Shown here: positions 56,010 to 57,081 of the stretch, one piece after another
How the letters are laid out: each line of letters begins with the position of its first letter
Position numbering within the stretch: the stretch's first letter is position 1
UHGV virus genome: UHGV-1373670
Strand: one strand, 5' to 3'
DNA from: a virus
Length of the DNA stretch: 57,081 nucleotides
The notes under the pieces: generated by a model
Seen by the model: only the letters and a program-made list of their open reading frames with translations
Told to the model about the DNA's origin: nothing
Databases searched by the model: none
Program-made: the position numbers and the translations under genes

Positions 56010-56480
56010 ATGAGCAAGTACTTTTCATTGTCCGAGATGACGCACAGCCCCACGGCTATCTCTCGTGGCATCCCCAACGACCCCAACAAGGATCAGATCA
56101 TGCACCTCAATATGCTCATGGAGTATCTTGACGGCATCCGTGAAGAGCTGGGGCATCCTATCATTGTCACCTCGGGCTTCCGCTCGGGCGGGGATAAGGG
56201 GCTTAATGCTGCCGTAGGTGGCAAGCCCGAAAGCCAGCATACCATGGGTCAGGCTGCAGACATCGTCCCCTACGACCGCAAGCTATTGAAGAAGCTACTC
56301 CATATCATTTGGGATCGTGGGGGCTTCGACCAGCTTATATGGGAGCATCCCAAGGGGCGTAGCGAGTGGATACACGTATCCATTGCTGGCAAAAACAAGA
56401 CGCCACGAGGGCAGGTGCTGGAGTACGACGGGAAGAGATATATGACGATGAAGAAACCTATTAACCCCAATACACTATGA
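56010..56480 (+). CDS. endolysin, peptidase M15 family (zinc D-Ala-D-Ala carboxypeptidase / L-Ala-D-Glu peptidase fold)
   Basis: SGFRS...SQHTMGQAADI...H motif arrangement (H-x6-D ... H) typical of M15/VanY-type cell-wall peptidases. Confidence 0.65.
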   Translation: MSKYFSLSEMTHSPTAISRGIPNDPNKDQIMHLNMLMEYLDGIREELGHPIIVTSGFRSGGDKGLNAAVGGKPESQHTMGQAADIVPYDRKLLKKLLHIIWDRGGFDQLIWEHPKGRSEWIHVSIAGKNKTPRGQVLEYDGKRYMTMKKPINPNTL

Positions 56481-57081
56481 GCATATTCGGACGAGCAGAA
56501 GCAGGAACGAAGGGGACATTACAGCTTGTGCAGCGAGGTACGGACAAGCTCATCCCCGTGGAGTTCATCAAAGATCCATCGGGAGAGGTGCTTGACCCTG
56601 CCCTATTCGAGAACCTCATTGTGAGTGTGACGAACGAGCGGTCTGCACTCTGTGCCACGCCACCCGTGAGCATAAGTGGCAACACGCTTATCGTCGAGAT
56701 GACCGCAGATATTACGCGACGCCTTGGCTTAGGCGTATGTGTGATGACGGCTACGGGGCGCATCCCCGACGAAGCGTATAGCGACGGCTACCACGACTAC
56801 GAGGTGGTAATCCCCATCTGCAAGATAACGAAGTACGGGAGTAACGAGACTCCAGTAAAGGTAACAGCCAAGGTGCTGGAAGTCCTCCGTGGTCTGAGTG
56901 CCTATGAGATCCTTGTGAAGCATGGGTATACCAAGACGGAGGCGCAGTTCGCAGAGGAGTTAATCCCTAAGAATGGAGGAGGAGCAGGTACACCTGGTAC
57001 ACCAGGAACTCCAGGTCCAAAGGGTGATCCAGGTCCAAAGGGCGACCCAGGTCCAAAGGGTGACCCAGGTCCAAAGGGCGA
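56477..57081 (+). CDS. tail fibre / receptor-binding protein, N-terminal part, running off the 3' end of the window inside collagen-like repeats
   Basis: ATG at 56477 overlaps the endolysin stop (ATGA). The frame reads ...GAGTPGTPGTPGPKGDPGPKGDPGPKGDPGPKG to the last base and is continuous with frame 2 at position 1. Confidence 0.7.
   Translation, partial: MSIFGRAEAGTKGTLQLVQRGTDKLIPVEFIKDPSGEVLDPALFENLIVSVTNERSALCATPPVSISGNTLIVEMTADITRRLGLGVCVMTATGRIPDEAYSDGYHDYEVVIPICKITKYGSNETPVKVTAKVLEVLRGLSAYEILVKHGYTKTEAQFAEELIPKNGGGAGTPGTPGTPGPKGDPGPKGDPGPKGDPGPKG
56985..57081 (+). repeat. collagen-like coding repeat (18-nt unit ccaggtccaaagggYgaY). The array continues at window positions 1-55.
   Basis: Direct reading. 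Confidence 0.9.

Noticed and set aside
1-57081. Diversity-generating retroelement or retron associated with the tail fibre
   Set aside because: No reverse-transcriptase-like ORF (no YxDD motif) and no template/variable repeat pair found near either fibre gene.

Overview
The window reads as one complete, circularly permuted genome of a temperate tailed phage of about 57 kb. Almost every base is coding and reading frames overlap by 1 to 4 nt (ATGA / TAATG junctions). The promoter motifs (TTTG / TAnnTTTG) and a tail fibre with BspA-type leucine-rich repeats suggest a Bacteroidota host, possibly Porphyromonas, Tannerella or Prevotella-like. A collagen-like tail-fibre gene starts at 56477, runs off the 3' end of the window and continues in the same frame from position 1 to 1117, so the two window ends join.

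Modules, clockwise:
- Tail-fibre C-terminus, a lipoprotein with a C-terminal TM helix, and three tandem paralogous small genes (1 to 3416).
- One long minus-strand early operon (20560 down to 3496). It carries an SbcC/Rad50-like ATPase, RecT, an MBL-fold hydrolase, an HTH protein, a DnaD-like replisome organiser with internal repeats, a DnaC-like ATPase, an SSB-like OB-fold protein, a RuvC-like resolvase, two tandem MazG-like genes, many small ORFs and an 876-aa protein.
- A lysogeny switch: a cro-like HTH gene on the minus strand, an operator inverted repeat, a CI-like repressor with an S24 peptidase domain, a membrane protein and a tyrosine integrase (21323 to 24429).
- A virion/late block: small glycine-rich and proline/alanine-rich proteins, a 5668-aa polyvalent protein (ParB-like nuclease fold, N6-adenine methyltransferase, SNF2 helicase and HExxH metallopeptidase domains), then the portal gene.
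- A minus-strand packaging operon: a candidate small terminase subunit, a rhomboid-family protease and the large terminase subunit.
- A scaffold-like protein, the major capsid candidate, a 940-aa repeat-containing fibre, a holin and an M15 endolysin.

I found no tRNA, rRNA, CRISPR array, reverse transcriptase or DNA polymerase.

The 5668-aa polyvalent protein, predicted to be packaged in the virion, is the most unusual element. Other points worth a second look are the rhomboid protease inside the terminase operon, a lipoprotein with the layout of a unimolecular spanin, the operator and promoter architecture, and several tandem paralog sets.
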